A stretch of DNA of 64,000 bases, from assembly GCA_050304475.1 (NCBI GenBank), contig JBNLDQ010000031.1:129580-193579 (forward strand), read 5' to 3'. The notes beneath the pieces are model-generated. The model was not told the DNA's origin. It was given only the letters and a program-made list of their open reading frames with translations, and searched no databases. The position numbers and the translations under genes are program-made. How positions within the stretch are numbered: position 1 is the first letter of the stretch; each line of letters starts with the position of its first letter. This stretch comes from Turneriellaceae bacterium. Its GTDB lineage: Bacteria; Spirochaetota; Leptospiria; Turneriellales; JAOUFE01. Below, piece after piece: positions 34,942 through 44,729 of the stretch.

Positions 34942-37393
34942 ACTGGCCATAGTTCTTTTTAAACAAACGCTCTTTACCCAGCTCTTCGTTTGAAATTTGA
35001 CTTTCTTTTTGTAAAATCTCTAAAAAACCTTCGGTCTTGCTATAACCGCATTCGCAAACTTCTTCTTTTACGGATTTTTCTTCCCCATCGACCGTAATCG
35101 GCTCGGGGTAATAGGTTTCTACGAGGGTTTGCTCTTCGCCGCATTCCGGGTTGGGCAAACGGCCCATCCCTTCGCAAACCATCCCGGTAACCACGCCCTG
35201 TGGCGTCGCGGCGGTAAAATAATCGGGTCGTCTCTCTTCCACTTCATAAATTTCTTTCATGGTTTTTCCCCAGACCGGGGCGCAAACGGAACCCCCCGCC
35301 TGGTATTTTCCGAGCGTCATGGAGCCTGAATCAAGCCCCATCCAGACAACCGCCACCAGGTCGGTTGTAAAGCCGGCAAACCAGGCGTCATTCCAGGAGC
35401 TGGTTGTCCCGGTTTTTCCGGCGGCGTCAAAGAGAAACTCCCCTTCGTCCCGGACGCCTCTCCTGGCTGTCCCGGAATCCACAACCCCTTCCATCATCCG
35501 GCGTAAAATATAAGCGACCGACTCTTCAATGATTTGAATTTCGCCCGAACGTTCCTTGGCGCTCAATTCGGCAAAGACCTCTTTTTCGGCTTCGTAAATT
35601 ACGTTCCCGTCGCGGTCTGTCACATAGATAATGGAATGCGGTAAAACATCTTTCCCCGAATTGGCAATGATGGAATACGCTTGCATTAACTCCATGGGCG
35701 TCACTTCGGAAGCCCCGAGAGCAAGCGATGGATTTGCTTTAAACCGCTTTGGCGGAACCTTGAGCAAACGCCCGGCAAAATCGACAATTTTATCCGGGCC
35801 TACCCGGTCATAAATTTGAATCGAGACAATATTAATGGAATTGCGCAACGCATGGTTCATCAAAACATAGCCCTGGTAACCGCTGCCGTAATTCGAGGGG
35901 GCCCACATTGAACCGTCCGGCTCAATGTTCATGATCGGGGCGTCAAGAAACCCACTGGCAAAGTGAACGGCCCGGTCTTCCAAAGCCGCCCCATAAACAA
36001 ATGGTTTAAAGGAACTGCCCGGTTGTCTTCTGGCCAAAAGGGCCCGGTTAAACTGGTCCGAAGCCTTAAACTCGCGACCGCCAATCATCGCCGTAATTCG
36101 TCCGGTTCCGTATTCCATCGAAAGAAAAGCGCCCTGGACAGTGATATTGGCATTTTGTTCCTGGTTGACCCGGAAAAATTCCTGCGTAAAATCGTTTACC
36201 GCCGGGGCCGGCGAACTTAAACTCAGCAAATCCAGCGACTCGATGATCCGCTCCTGCACTTTTTGCCGCAAGTCGTCCGCCAGACTATACTCGGCGACAA
36301 TGCCAGGAAGGGGCAAGACCCTGGCAAAATCTTCATAAAAATCAAACAGTTCAACGTCAACGCCTTCAATCGCCTGGTTGGCATCCGCGGCAATCGGGTC
36401 TTGCTCTTCCATGCGCGGCACCAAGTTTTTTTCGGCAATCCCCTGGTGGTCGAGATTCAGCGTGGTGTAGACCTGAAATCCCCTGGTATAGACCTCTTTT
36501 TCGCCAAATTGATCGACCAGTTGCTGGCGGACATATTCCGAAAAGTAAGGCGCCCGATCCATTTTTTCGCCGTAAATGGTGGCCGACCCCGGGGTCGAGA
36601 CAATCACCGGCCAGTAGTTGCGCCAAAACGTACGGTAATAGCTGTCGGCCTCTTCGGCAGTCAGCATATTGAGTTCGACCAGGCGGTTTAAAATAATGCG
36701 ATTTCGTTCATACGAGCGGTGAAAACTCCGGAAAGGCGAGTACCCGTGCGGGGCTTTGGGCAAAGCCGCCAGGATCGTACCTTCCATGATGCCTAACTCG
36801 CTCACGGGTTTGTCAAAATAAAACTGCGCGGCGCTGGCTATGCCATAGGTTCCATGCCCCAGATAAATCTGGTTAAAGTACATTTCAAGGATTTCGTCTT
36901 TTGAAAATTCCTTTTCGACCACGAGCGCCATTACGGCTTCGTATATTTTCCGCGCAATGGTTCGTTCGCCCCCGGTATAGATGCCTTTGACCAACTGCTG
37001 CGTAATTGTCGAGCCACCTTGCACCACCGCGCCTGCGCGGATATTTTGAATCATTGCCCGCAAAATACCCTGGAAGTCAATGCCAAAGTGATCATAAAAG
37101 TTTGTATCTTCGACCGCGAGAAAAGATTCAACCACCGCACGGGGGATTTCTTCGAGTTTCACCAACTTTCGTTTGTGCTGAAACAGTTCGGTGACCAGAC
37201 GGCCATGAATATCATAAATACGCGTCGGCAGGTTTGGCTGAAAGACGGCCAGCCGCTGGATATCCGTTTTACTTTCTACCGCCGTTAAAATAAAACCAAG
37301 CGTAAGACCGCCAAAAATTGACACTGCCAGAAAAAAATAGACAGCGGCCTTTTCCATCATGCGGATCGCTTCTTTTTTGTTTTGCCCTTTCAT
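34940..37393 (-). CDS. mrcA: Class A penicillin-binding protein (PBP1A; glycosyltransferase + transpeptidase)
   Basis: GT51 motifs: EDTNFYDHFGID, GGSTITQQLVK and RKIYEAVMAL..EKEFSKDEILEMYFN. Transpeptidase motifs: SSFKPF (SxxK), RNSIN (SxN) and KTGTT. It has an N-terminal TM anchor. Confidence 0.95.
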   Translation of the reverse strand: MKGQNKKEAIRMMEKAAVYFFLAVSIFGGLTLGFILTAVESKTDIQRLAVFQPNLPTRIYDIHGRLVTELFQHKRKLVKLEEIPRAVVESFLAVEDTNFYDHFGIDFQGILRAMIQNIRAGAVVQGGSTITQQLVKGIYTGGERTIARKIYEAVMALVVEKEFSKDEILEMYFNQIYLGHGTYGIASAAQFYFDKPVSELGIMEGTILAALPKAPHGYSPFRSFHRSYERNRIILNRLVELNMLTAEEADSYYRTFWRNYWPVIVSTPGSATIYGEKMDRAPYFSEYVRQQLVDQFGEKEVYTRGFQVYTTLNLDHQGIAEKNLVPRMEEQDPIAADANQAIEGVDVELFDFYEDFARVLPLPGIVAEYSLADDLRQKVQERIIESLDLLSLSSPAPAVNDFTQEFFRVNQEQNANITVQGAFLSMEYGTGRITAMIGGREFKASDQFNRALLARRQPGSSFKPFVYGAALEDRAVHFASGFLDAPIMNIEPDGSMWAPSNYGSGYQGYVLMNHALRNSINIVSIQIYDRVGPDKIVDFAGRLLKVPPKRFKANPSLALGASEVTPMELMQAYSIIANSGKDVLPHSIIYVTDRDGNVIYEAEKEVFAELSAKERSGEIQIIEESVAYILRRMMEGVVDSGTARRGVRDEGEFLFDAAGKTGTTSSWNDAWFAGFTTDLVAVVWMGLDSGSMTLGKYQAGGSVCAPVWGKTMKEIYEVEERRPDYFTAATPQGVVTGMVCEGMGRLPNPECGEEQTLVETYYPEPITVDGEEKSVKEEVCECGYSKTEGFLEILQKESQISNEELGKERLFKKNYGQ

Positions 37394-37665
37394 CTCTGAT
37401 TTCTATTGTGCATTCGGTGTGCTGCCGGGATCCGGTACGCACCGGTTTGTTTTGGACTTATTCGACTGAAGCATGTTCCAATGGCGATTCAATTGCGTTA
37501 TACCGCATTCATGGCGTTAAAAACAAATAAATTTGCATTTTTACCGTCATATTGAGTCATAGCCAGCGATAAGTCCGGTACATTCCAGTTCCCAAAATAC
37601 GGGTCGGGTGTCATCTACATTCCGGTTTTTTACGGTTTTGAGGGCAATATTTCGATAATATATAG

Positions 37666-37980
37666 ATGGAAGCGGATAAGAAAAAAACAGCGAAACCGGT
37701 TATCTCCTGTCTTTTACTGGCTCTTATGCTGGGGTGCGGTAAAACGACTGAGATCAAAGAGTGCCAGCCTGAGATGGGGCGTTTTTACCGGGGGGAACAT
37801 TATATTTCCAGTGATTTTTTAACGGCGGAAGGCACTTGGGATTACGCCCGTTTGCAAAAGCACTTTGAAAGCAAATCCGATTTTCACCCCAACGAAGAGT
37901 GTTTGCCCCTTAAGCCTGATATTACGTTGCCGGAACGCCTCCGGGAACTCGGGGACCGGATTGACCTGGAAAGGAAATGA
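37666..37980 (+). CDS. Small hypothetical lipoprotein
   Basis: 104 aa with the lipobox LALMLGC after a basic N-terminus. I recognise no family. Confidence 0.5.
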   Translation: MEADKKKTAKPVISCLLLALMLGCGKTTEIKECQPEMGRFYRGEHYISSDFLTAEGTWDYARLQKHFESKSDFHPNEECLPLKPDITLPERLRELGDRIDLERK

Positions 37981-38052
37981 GAAGAAGGAAGTATAAGTAA
38001 AAGAAAGAGAGTAAAAGATAACGAAAAAAGGAAAAAAGAAAACTAACCGCAA

Positions 38053-38397
38053 ATGAAACTAAAAGTAGTACGCAACCCGTCTTTTATCCGCATGGATTTG
38101 GAAGGTAACCTCTCGATTAAAAACGCCTCTAAACTGGAAGACTTTTTAGCCAAATTCGATACCGGAGATAAGCATGCCTTGCTCTTGAACCTGGAACGTT
38201 TGCTCAACATTGATTCCAGCGGGCTTTTGGCCTTAAAAAATTTTTCAGAGAGCCTGAAAAAGCCCCACCTTCGATTTTTTCTGGTTGGGGTAAACGAGAA
38301 ACAGCGGACCATCATGGAAAATGCCGGGCTTTTGCCCGGACTGCCCGTACTCGCCGATGACGAATACCGCATGGCCTTTACCGATGATTTATTTTAA
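38053..38397 (+). CDS. STAS-domain protein (SpoIIAA/RsbV-like anti-sigma-factor antagonist)
   Basis: 114 aa. L.GNLSIKNASKLEDFL then LLNLERLLNIDSSGLLAL, with the conserved DSSG phospho-serine context. Confidence 0.8.
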   Translation: MKLKVVRNPSFIRMDLEGNLSIKNASKLEDFLAKFDTGDKHALLLNLERLLNIDSSGLLALKNFSESLKKPHLRFFLVGVNEKQRTIMENAGLLPGLPVLADDEYRMAFTDDLF

Positions 38398-38529
38398 TAT
38401 TGTCCGGATGAACCGCAAATTGCCGCGCCCCGTTCTACCGCCCGGAACAACCGGAAATCCCTTTACAAAGCAACGCTTCTCATGATTCATTATCCGGTTT
38501 ACAAAAAAAGTTGATCGTATCCGGTATAC

Positions 38530-41500
38530 ATGAAAGGAACTCTCCCGACGCTTTACCTTGCCTTCTCCGCTACTCTTTTTTTTGTTTCGGGTGTCGCTTT
38601 GCGCGCTTTGCATCAAAATTTACCCGCAACCGATCACCGGCAATTGCTTTTGGCTCAAAGCGAAAACGCGCCAGATTCAACAAACGGCGACTATCAGGTG
38701 CCGCCCGAGGCCGGCTTTGACCCGGCCCAGGCCATTGACGAAGCCGAAGCGCAGTCCCAGGAAAAAGAGCCCCCCGAAGTCGATTTAAAAATCATCGGCT
38801 CAAACCGCATTGAATTTTCGTACGGGAAGTCCTTTTTCCTGGGCGACGAAGACCGTCTCGGTTATGAAGACCGGCCCACATCAAGCGCCATCGACCAGGG
38901 TCTAAGCCCCACAATGGATATGAAAATGAACATGCAAGGGCGGATCGGCGATGAAATTCTGGTGAACATTAACTTTGACCAAACGGAAAACCTGAGCAAT
39001 AACGAAGTCGAAGTCATTTACGAGTCTGCCGAAGAAGACGCATTTTTGCAAGAGATGCGTTTCGGGAACATCACCGCCGACTTTGGCCGTTCAGAGCTTT
39101 ATGTGCATGAAAAAACGGACCTTGAAATGATCGGGATTAAAACGCGATTGAGGGCGTCAGACAAGGTTCAAATTAAAACGCTCACCGGTTTTTCGCAAAG
39201 CTTGCATGAAACCGAAATCTTCCGCGGCAACAGCACCCGCCATAAATTAATCGTAAAAGAGTACCGTTACGCGGCAAGGCAATATTACCAGCTTGAGCCG
39301 TTTTTGTACTACGACCATTTCATCGCCGCCCCCTCGTCTATCCCGGCGCAAGCCTACATACGAGGCGATGCCGGCGCGTTTACTCTCTTTACCTCGCAAG
39401 AACAAAACCAGGCGCCATCGCAAGTGCAAATTGACCCCGGGTCCGTAACCGTTTATATCGACGACCGCAACCCCCGGAACGACAATGCGTTGGGCGCCAT
39501 ACGCAAGCGAGTCAACGGGAACGACCTGGGTAACTTTCACAAACTTTCAGAGGGCAGGGATTTTCAGGTGCACTATGCCAGCGGTCGAATTACGTTTCGG
39601 CAACCGCTCCCGGTGGAATCGCGGGTATTTGTACAATACACTCGAAACGGAGGCGCCAATACAACCGACCCGACAGCCCGGATTACCAACGGTAAAATTG
39701 AAACGTTTTTGCGTTACGGTAAAGAGATGCACGAAGATTACCGGCGCGACGGCGTTGCGGCGTTTACCGGCAGCGACGATATGGAGATCATACCCGACGG
39801 CGTGGTCAACCTCGACATCTACGAAGTGCGCGGGATTTACGATTTAGGCGTCATTGATATTCTGGAAAAAGACTTTCGTTTGCAACTTTATACAACGGAG
39901 CTATCGCTTTTGGAACAAGCCGGCGGCCTTGGCTCGTATACTGTCCATTATGAAAAAGGGATCATTGTTTTTAACAGCCGCGAGCCGTTCCGGAACCTGC
40001 AAAACGAAGGCTCCTATTTTCTTTCCGAGAATTTACTCAACAGCGTCTATGCGGAAACGCAAAGCTCTTACATTGATGACAACTCCAAGGTTCGTTTTCA
40101 ACTGGAACTGACCGCCATTGTCCGCAGCTTTCAATTGAAATACTTCAACATTGTCAAAGAGTCTGAGCTGGTCCGCATCAATGACGTACCTCTTTCGCCG
40201 GACTATTACTTTATCGATTACCAAAGCGGTTATTTTCGTTTTATCGACCCCTACTACCCGGTCATCGGACCGGGCACCCAGGTTCAGGTTTCGTATGAAT
40301 ACCTGCCCTTTGGCCTGAACGAACAAAGTTACCTGTTGGGTGTGCGCGGGGAGTACCGCCCCTTTGATTTTGCCACCTGGGGCGTCCGAACCGTGTACCA
40401 GGGGAAATTCCAGGACCAGGTCTCGCCTTTTCTTGGCAACGAACCCGATTCCCGCCTTATCGCGGGGACTGACCTTGAAATTAAAATCGATGAAAACCGG
40501 GCCACCGCAATGGCCAACGAAATAGCGGGCGGCAGGTTTACTCATGTGCCTGTTCGTTTAGAGGCGTACGCCGAATACGCTCACAGTTTTTATAACGCAA
40601 ACACGACCGGCCTTGCCATTGTCGACAACATGGAAACAAGCGAAGAGGCTTTGGACATCTCAATGCAGGCTTCCGATTGGGTGCTTTCGGCCCTGCCCGC
40701 TTCCCTGGCCGCGGGGGGGACAGGCGCTTGCAGCAGAGCCCCTTTGTACTATCGCCATTATTACAACCCGGACAATCCGCTATCGGGCTTGTATGGCGAC
40801 GAGACGGCCCCGTTTGATTCGCCCCCGTATGTACAGGTCGCCGGGCCATACAACATTGGCGAGGCTCCGGAAACCACCAGGGAGTTCGACCAGAGAGCGG
40901 CCGTGCGCGAACTTTCTCTCGCCCTTGATTTTGACTTCGCCAAGGCCCCTTCGGCAACGGCTCCTTTTGTCGCCGTCAATACCCAGGAACTTTCTCAAAA
41001 CGGGTTGGATCTTTCCGGCTTTACCTATCTTGAATTTTCGGCCAAACTGGACAACGCGGGTTCTCTGCCTGCCGGGGTTGAAATTCAATTTGAGCTGGGG
41101 TCGCTGGCCGAAGACACCGATTCCGACGGCTACCTTGATACGGAAGATACGGGCCTTGACTTGCACGGCGGCGACCTGAACAGCAACAACATCATTGACG
41201 CCGGCGAACATTGGGATGAAGGCGAAAAAAACGGCCGGATTGACCGCGACCGTAACAGCGGCAATTCGGAAGACCGGGGCTATGCGTTTAACGTTGACCT
41301 CTGCCCCGAACTAAACACCCATGTCGGCGCCGGACCTGACATTGCCGGGCTGACCTCCACCAAAGGCAACGGGGCTTTGAACTCGGAAGATTTCAACGGC
41401 AGCGGCGCGCTGGAAAACAATGAAAATGTGGTGATTATCCACCCCTCCGAGGCGTTTGCTTCTTATGATTCGGCAAAGTTAAACCGCATCGATTCTAAAA

Positions 41501-44364
41501 AGTGGACTCATTACCGGATTTACCTCAATTACAACTCAATGAACCAAAACCAGAAAAGAGTTATCCGTTCGGTTGAAAATATGCGGATTGTGGCTGTCCC
41601 CGGCGTTGGGGGCGAGTCAGGGAAAGGGCGGTTATTGATTCACGGTTTGCGCCTTGCCGGTTCTTTGTGGAAAGACAGCCAGGCGAAACTGGCGGCGAAC
41701 CCGGCCGAAACTCCAATGACGGATTTTTCAGCCTTGCGCTTGACCATGATCAACAACTTCAACAACCCGGACGAATATTCAAGCGAATCTTTTTTTACGC
41801 AACGCCAAAACGAGTACGAACGTTTGTATGGCGAACGCACGACCGAAGAGCTGCTCAACACCCAGGAAGGCACCGTCAAACTGGAATATGACATGGATTC
41901 AACGTACCAGTATGTTTTTGCCAAACGCAGTTTTACCGAACCGGTAGACATTAAGTATTACAAAAACATTCACATCTGGGTGAAAAACAAAGCGTTGCCT
42001 ACCAATGCCGCATCTTTTTTATTTCGCGTCGGTTCCGGGGAAAACGACTACCGCCAGTACGAAGCGCCCATTGCAGGCTCCTCCTGGCAGCGGGTTACCT
42101 TTCGGCTCGACAACCCCGCCGTCAGCAAAGGCAGGCCGCTCATGGATAATATCCGTTATATGGCCATTGGCGTGAAGCGTGAAAACTCGCTCAGCCAAAA
42201 TGTCACCGGGATCATCTGGGTCAACGATATCTATGTCTCGGATGTGACGATCAAAAGCGACCATGCCTATTTATACGAAGCCAGCGTCGATATTACCGAA
42301 CCGATGCTCATTACCGCCAGCGGGGTTCCTGTTTTAAGCAATACTTCTTTTTACTATCGCAAAAAGTACAAAGGGGCCGATTACCAGCCGATCGGGTTTA
42401 ACGAAAAAGGCACCCGTTTGGAGGAAGAACAGTGGTATACCGAAAGCGATATTTTCCCGTTTTGGGGAGCCTCGTACGGCTATACGCAGGTTCGGAAAGA
42501 TTTTATTGAAGCGGGGTTACCGGGCAAACGCACCGAGAGCATCCACTCTACCAGCCACCGGATGTTCCACAACAAAGAGTTTGCGCCTCACATTGACATA
42601 GGTTATCAAAACACCGACACGCGTGAAACTCAAAAACACTATCTGGAAAGTATCGTTGAAACGGAACAGAAAAATACCGTTTTGGAAAAAACACGCACTC
42701 CCAATGTCATTGTTACCGAAACCCTGCCCGCCTTTTTCAATACAAACGTCAATTATACGTTGGAAAGTTCCATGGAATTTTTTGAACGAGAGCAAACGAC
42801 CAGCCTTCGCTCCGGCGGTGTATTGTCTTCCGAGACGTTAAAAAGAGAAAAAGACCAAACCGAACACGGCAAGGCCGCTTTGCATATCAATTACAAAGGG
42901 TTGCACATCGAACCTGAGCATGAATATTCGCGCAGTCTCTTGCTGGATAAAAACTACATCGACCAAAGCAACTTGACCTTACCCCAAAGCGATTTCTTTA
43001 TCCCCGGTATAGCCGCCACGCCCGACTTCAGGTTTCGTTCCAGATCGGCCGGGTATCGCTTTCGCCTTTCGCACGATCAAATCTGGGCCTTTAGCCCCCA
43101 GGTCGCCATGTCGCTTTTGTTCCGTGAAGAGAGTTTCCGGGACAACGAGTTCACCTACCGGCGCGAGAGTTACCAGCGGTTGCGCAACCCGGCGACCACC
43201 GGGAAAATCAATGTCGATATTCCGCTCTTTTTTTACCGGTTCCTGGAATCGAATTTGATTGAAAGCGCCAATTTTTCGTATACGCGCGAAATTATTCTCG
43301 AAGAAAACGGCCTGCCGTTTACCAGCAAAACCAGTTTGTATGACGACTCCCTTGCGTTAAACCGGACTTACCCCGGCATCTCCGACAAAACCTATAATTT
43401 ATTTCAATACCCTTTCTGGCATTTCTTTCAAAGTGACCGGCAAAGGCATAATTTTTCCAATGGCCGAGAGTTTGTGCAAACCACGTCGTATGACGTCAAC
43501 CGGGGCGATATCCCCGAAGAAGCGCTGCTTGCCTATGATAACGCCCTGACCTTAAGCGAATGGGGAGCTCTCACCACCTTCTGGAATCCCACGGATTCCT
43601 GGCGTTTGCGAACGCTGGCAAGAATTTCCCAAAACGCCCGCAGGGAAAGCATTGGCGGGTTGCCAAACCAGGAGGTGAACGTAGGGAGCTCTCTCATTCA
43701 AACATTTGACCTGATGAAAATCCTCTCATTCAGTTTCTGGGAAAAACCATCGAACAGCTCCACCTTCAATCTGGATTTTCATATCGACCGTTTCATGTTC
43801 ATCACCCAAAACCGGGTCGAAGAATCGGCCCGGCCCGAAACGGGCATCTCTTTTGAATGGATGAACCGAAAAAGAGTGCTCACCAATATCTCTTTTTTAG
43901 CCTCGTTCGGTTTTACTCACATTTATTATTACTCTTTTATCGAAGAGCTCGGACCGCCCAACGACCGTCTCATTTACGAGAATATGAATTTCCCCTCGGG
44001 GGGAAAGCTGAACTTTGATAATGTCGATTATTTCTTTGCGCTTGAATTTTCAACGGAACTGCCTCGCCTCAAAGCATGGGGTCAAAATTTAACCAAACTG
44101 TATTTAAAGTACAACCCCTTTTATCTGGTGCAGCTTTCGGCAGACCTGCATAACATTGATTTCAATACATACGATTATCAACCCGGCGTGATTTACGATC
44201 AATATATTTTAGACCAGAGAATTGACATGAACCTGCACGCCAACGTCACAGGTTTGCTTGGCGTAAAGATGGTTTATGATGTCGAGAAAAACCCGATTTC
44301 GAAAATTCCTTCAAAAAAGGTTTTTTCGTACCAGGCCGGCATTGGCGCAAATATTTTGTTTTAA
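38530..44364 (+). CDS. sprA: Giant (1944 aa) secreted outer-membrane protein, SprA-like (candidate type IX secretion translocon)
   Basis: N-terminal signal-like segment. The block GRIGDEILVNINFDQTENLSNNEVEVIYESAEEDAFLQEMRFGNI...MIGIKTRL (about 38938-39150) is colinear with the recalled Flavobacterium SprA block GKIGTRLEVNANYDTQSTFAFQNLFKLAYTPSEDDIIQKVEVGNV...LFGVKTQL. An Asp-rich DTDSDGYLDTEDTGLD segment is present. The sequence is amphipathic and beta-rich throughout and ends in ...GANILF (a terminal aromatic, typical of OM barrels). Confidence 0.55.
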   Translation: MKGTLPTLYLAFSATLFFVSGVALRALHQNLPATDHRQLLLAQSENAPDSTNGDYQVPPEAGFDPAQAIDEAEAQSQEKEPPEVDLKIIGSNRIEFSYGKSFFLGDEDRLGYEDRPTSSAIDQGLSPTMDMKMNMQGRIGDEILVNINFDQTENLSNNEVEVIYESAEEDAFLQEMRFGNITADFGRSELYVHEKTDLEMIGIKTRLRASDKVQIKTLTGFSQSLHETEIFRGNSTRHKLIVKEYRYAARQYYQLEPFLYYDHFIAAPSSIPAQAYIRGDAGAFTLFTSQEQNQAPSQVQIDPGSVTVYIDDRNPRNDNALGAIRKRVNGNDLGNFHKLSEGRDFQVHYASGRITFRQPLPVESRVFVQYTRNGGANTTDPTARITNGKIETFLRYGKEMHEDYRRDGVAAFTGSDDMEIIPDGVVNLDIYEVRGIYDLGVIDILEKDFRLQLYTTELSLLEQAGGLGSYTVHYEKGIIVFNSREPFRNLQNEGSYFLSENLLNSVYAETQSSYIDDNSKVRFQLELTAIVRSFQLKYFNIVKESELVRINDVPLSPDYYFIDYQSGYFRFIDPYYPVIGPGTQVQVSYEYLPFGLNEQSYLLGVRGEYRPFDFATWGVRTVYQGKFQDQVSPFLGNEPDSRLIAGTDLEIKIDENRATAMANEIAGGRFTHVPVRLEAYAEYAHSFYNANTTGLAIVDNMETSEEALDISMQASDWVLSALPASLAAGGTGACSRAPLYYRHYYNPDNPLSGLYGDETAPFDSPPYVQVAGPYNIGEAPETTREFDQRAAVRELSLALDFDFAKAPSATAPFVAVNTQELSQNGLDLSGFTYLEFSAKLDNAGSLPAGVEIQFELGSLAEDTDSDGYLDTEDTGLDLHGGDLNSNNIIDAGEHWDEGEKNGRIDRDRNSGNSEDRGYAFNVDLCPELNTHVGAGPDIAGLTSTKGNGALNSEDFNGSGALENNENVVIIHPSEAFASYDSAKLNRIDSKKWTHYRIYLNYNSMNQNQKRVIRSVENMRIVAVPGVGGESGKGRLLIHGLRLAGSLWKDSQAKLAANPAETPMTDFSALRLTMINNFNNPDEYSSESFFTQRQNEYERLYGERTTEELLNTQEGTVKLEYDMDSTYQYVFAKRSFTEPVDIKYYKNIHIWVKNKALPTNAASFLFRVGSGENDYRQYEAPIAGSSWQRVTFRLDNPAVSKGRPLMDNIRYMAIGVKRENSLSQNVTGIIWVNDIYVSDVTIKSDHAYLYEASVDITEPMLITASGVPVLSNTSFYYRKKYKGADYQPIGFNEKGTRLEEEQWYTESDIFPFWGASYGYTQVRKDFIEAGLPGKRTESIHSTSHRMFHNKEFAPHIDIGYQNTDTRETQKHYLESIVETEQKNTVLEKTRTPNVIVTETLPAFFNTNVNYTLESSMEFFEREQTTSLRSGGVLSSETLKREKDQTEHGKAALHINYKGLHIEPEHEYSRSLLLDKNYIDQSNLTLPQSDFFIPGIAATPDFRFRSRSAGYRFRLSHDQIWAFSPQVAMSLLFREESFRDNEFTYRRESYQRLRNPATTGKINVDIPLFFYRFLESNLIESANFSYTREIILEENGLPFTSKTSLYDDSLALNRTYPGISDKTYNLFQYPFWHFFQSDRQRHNFSNGREFVQTTSYDVNRGDIPEEALLAYDNALTLSEWGALTTFWNPTDSWRLRTLARISQNARRESIGGLPNQEVNVGSSLIQTFDLMKILSFSFWEKPSNSSTFNLDFHIDRFMFITQNRVEESARPETGISFEWMNRKRVLTNISFLASFGFTHIYYYSFIEELGPPNDRLIYENMNFPSGGKLNFDNVDYFFALEFSTELPRLKAWGQNLTKLYLKYNPFYLVQLSADLHNIDFNTYDYQPGVIYDQYILDQRIDMNLHANVTGLLGVKMVYDVEKNPISKIPSKKVFSYQAGIGANILF

Positions 44365-44406
44365 AAACGGATTCGCCCGATTTGATCGATTTGAAACAAA
44401 CATCAA

Positions 44407-44718
44407 TCAATCGCCAACAATGCCTTTTTCGAGCATGCCGATTAAGCTGCTTGTCTTTTCGCTAATTTCGTCCAGCTTGTTTCGGGAGCCGCCGCTCTTC
44501 TTCAAGCGTTCCAACTCGTCGGCAAGGTTAAGCGCCACCAGGATCACCAAGGGCAACGTATCCATACCGGGCAGCGAATCTTTCATTTGGTCAATTTGTT
44601 CGTCCAGGCGGCCGGCCAGCATCGCCATGTAATCGGCGTCAAGATCGCCTTTGAGGGTATACTGCCGCCCCATGATTGAAACGCGGACTTTATTGTATGG
44701 CTGGTTTGAAGCTTCCAT
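44407..44718 (-). CDS. zapA: Cell division protein ZapA
   Basis: 103 aa. VRVSIMGRQYTLKGD...LAGRLDEQIDQMK...LVILVALNLADEL is colinear with ZapA. Confidence 0.8.
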   Translation of the reverse strand: MEASNQPYNKVRVSIMGRQYTLKGDLDADYMAMLAGRLDEQIDQMKDSLPGMDTLPLVILVALNLADELERLKKSGGSRNKLDEISEKTSSLIGMLEKGIVGD

Positions 44719-44729
44719 AGCGGGAGAGG

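Noticed and set aside
34395-34952. 185-aa plus-strand ORF
   Set aside because: It is antisense to pyrD, which is a full-length family match.
40033-41211. Cluster of long alternative ORFs (170, 139, 188 and 143 aa) within the giant gene
   Set aside because: They are alternate-frame and antisense ORFs in a GC-richer segment. They are Arg/Pro/Gly-rich with no motifs, and the giant frame is continuous through them.
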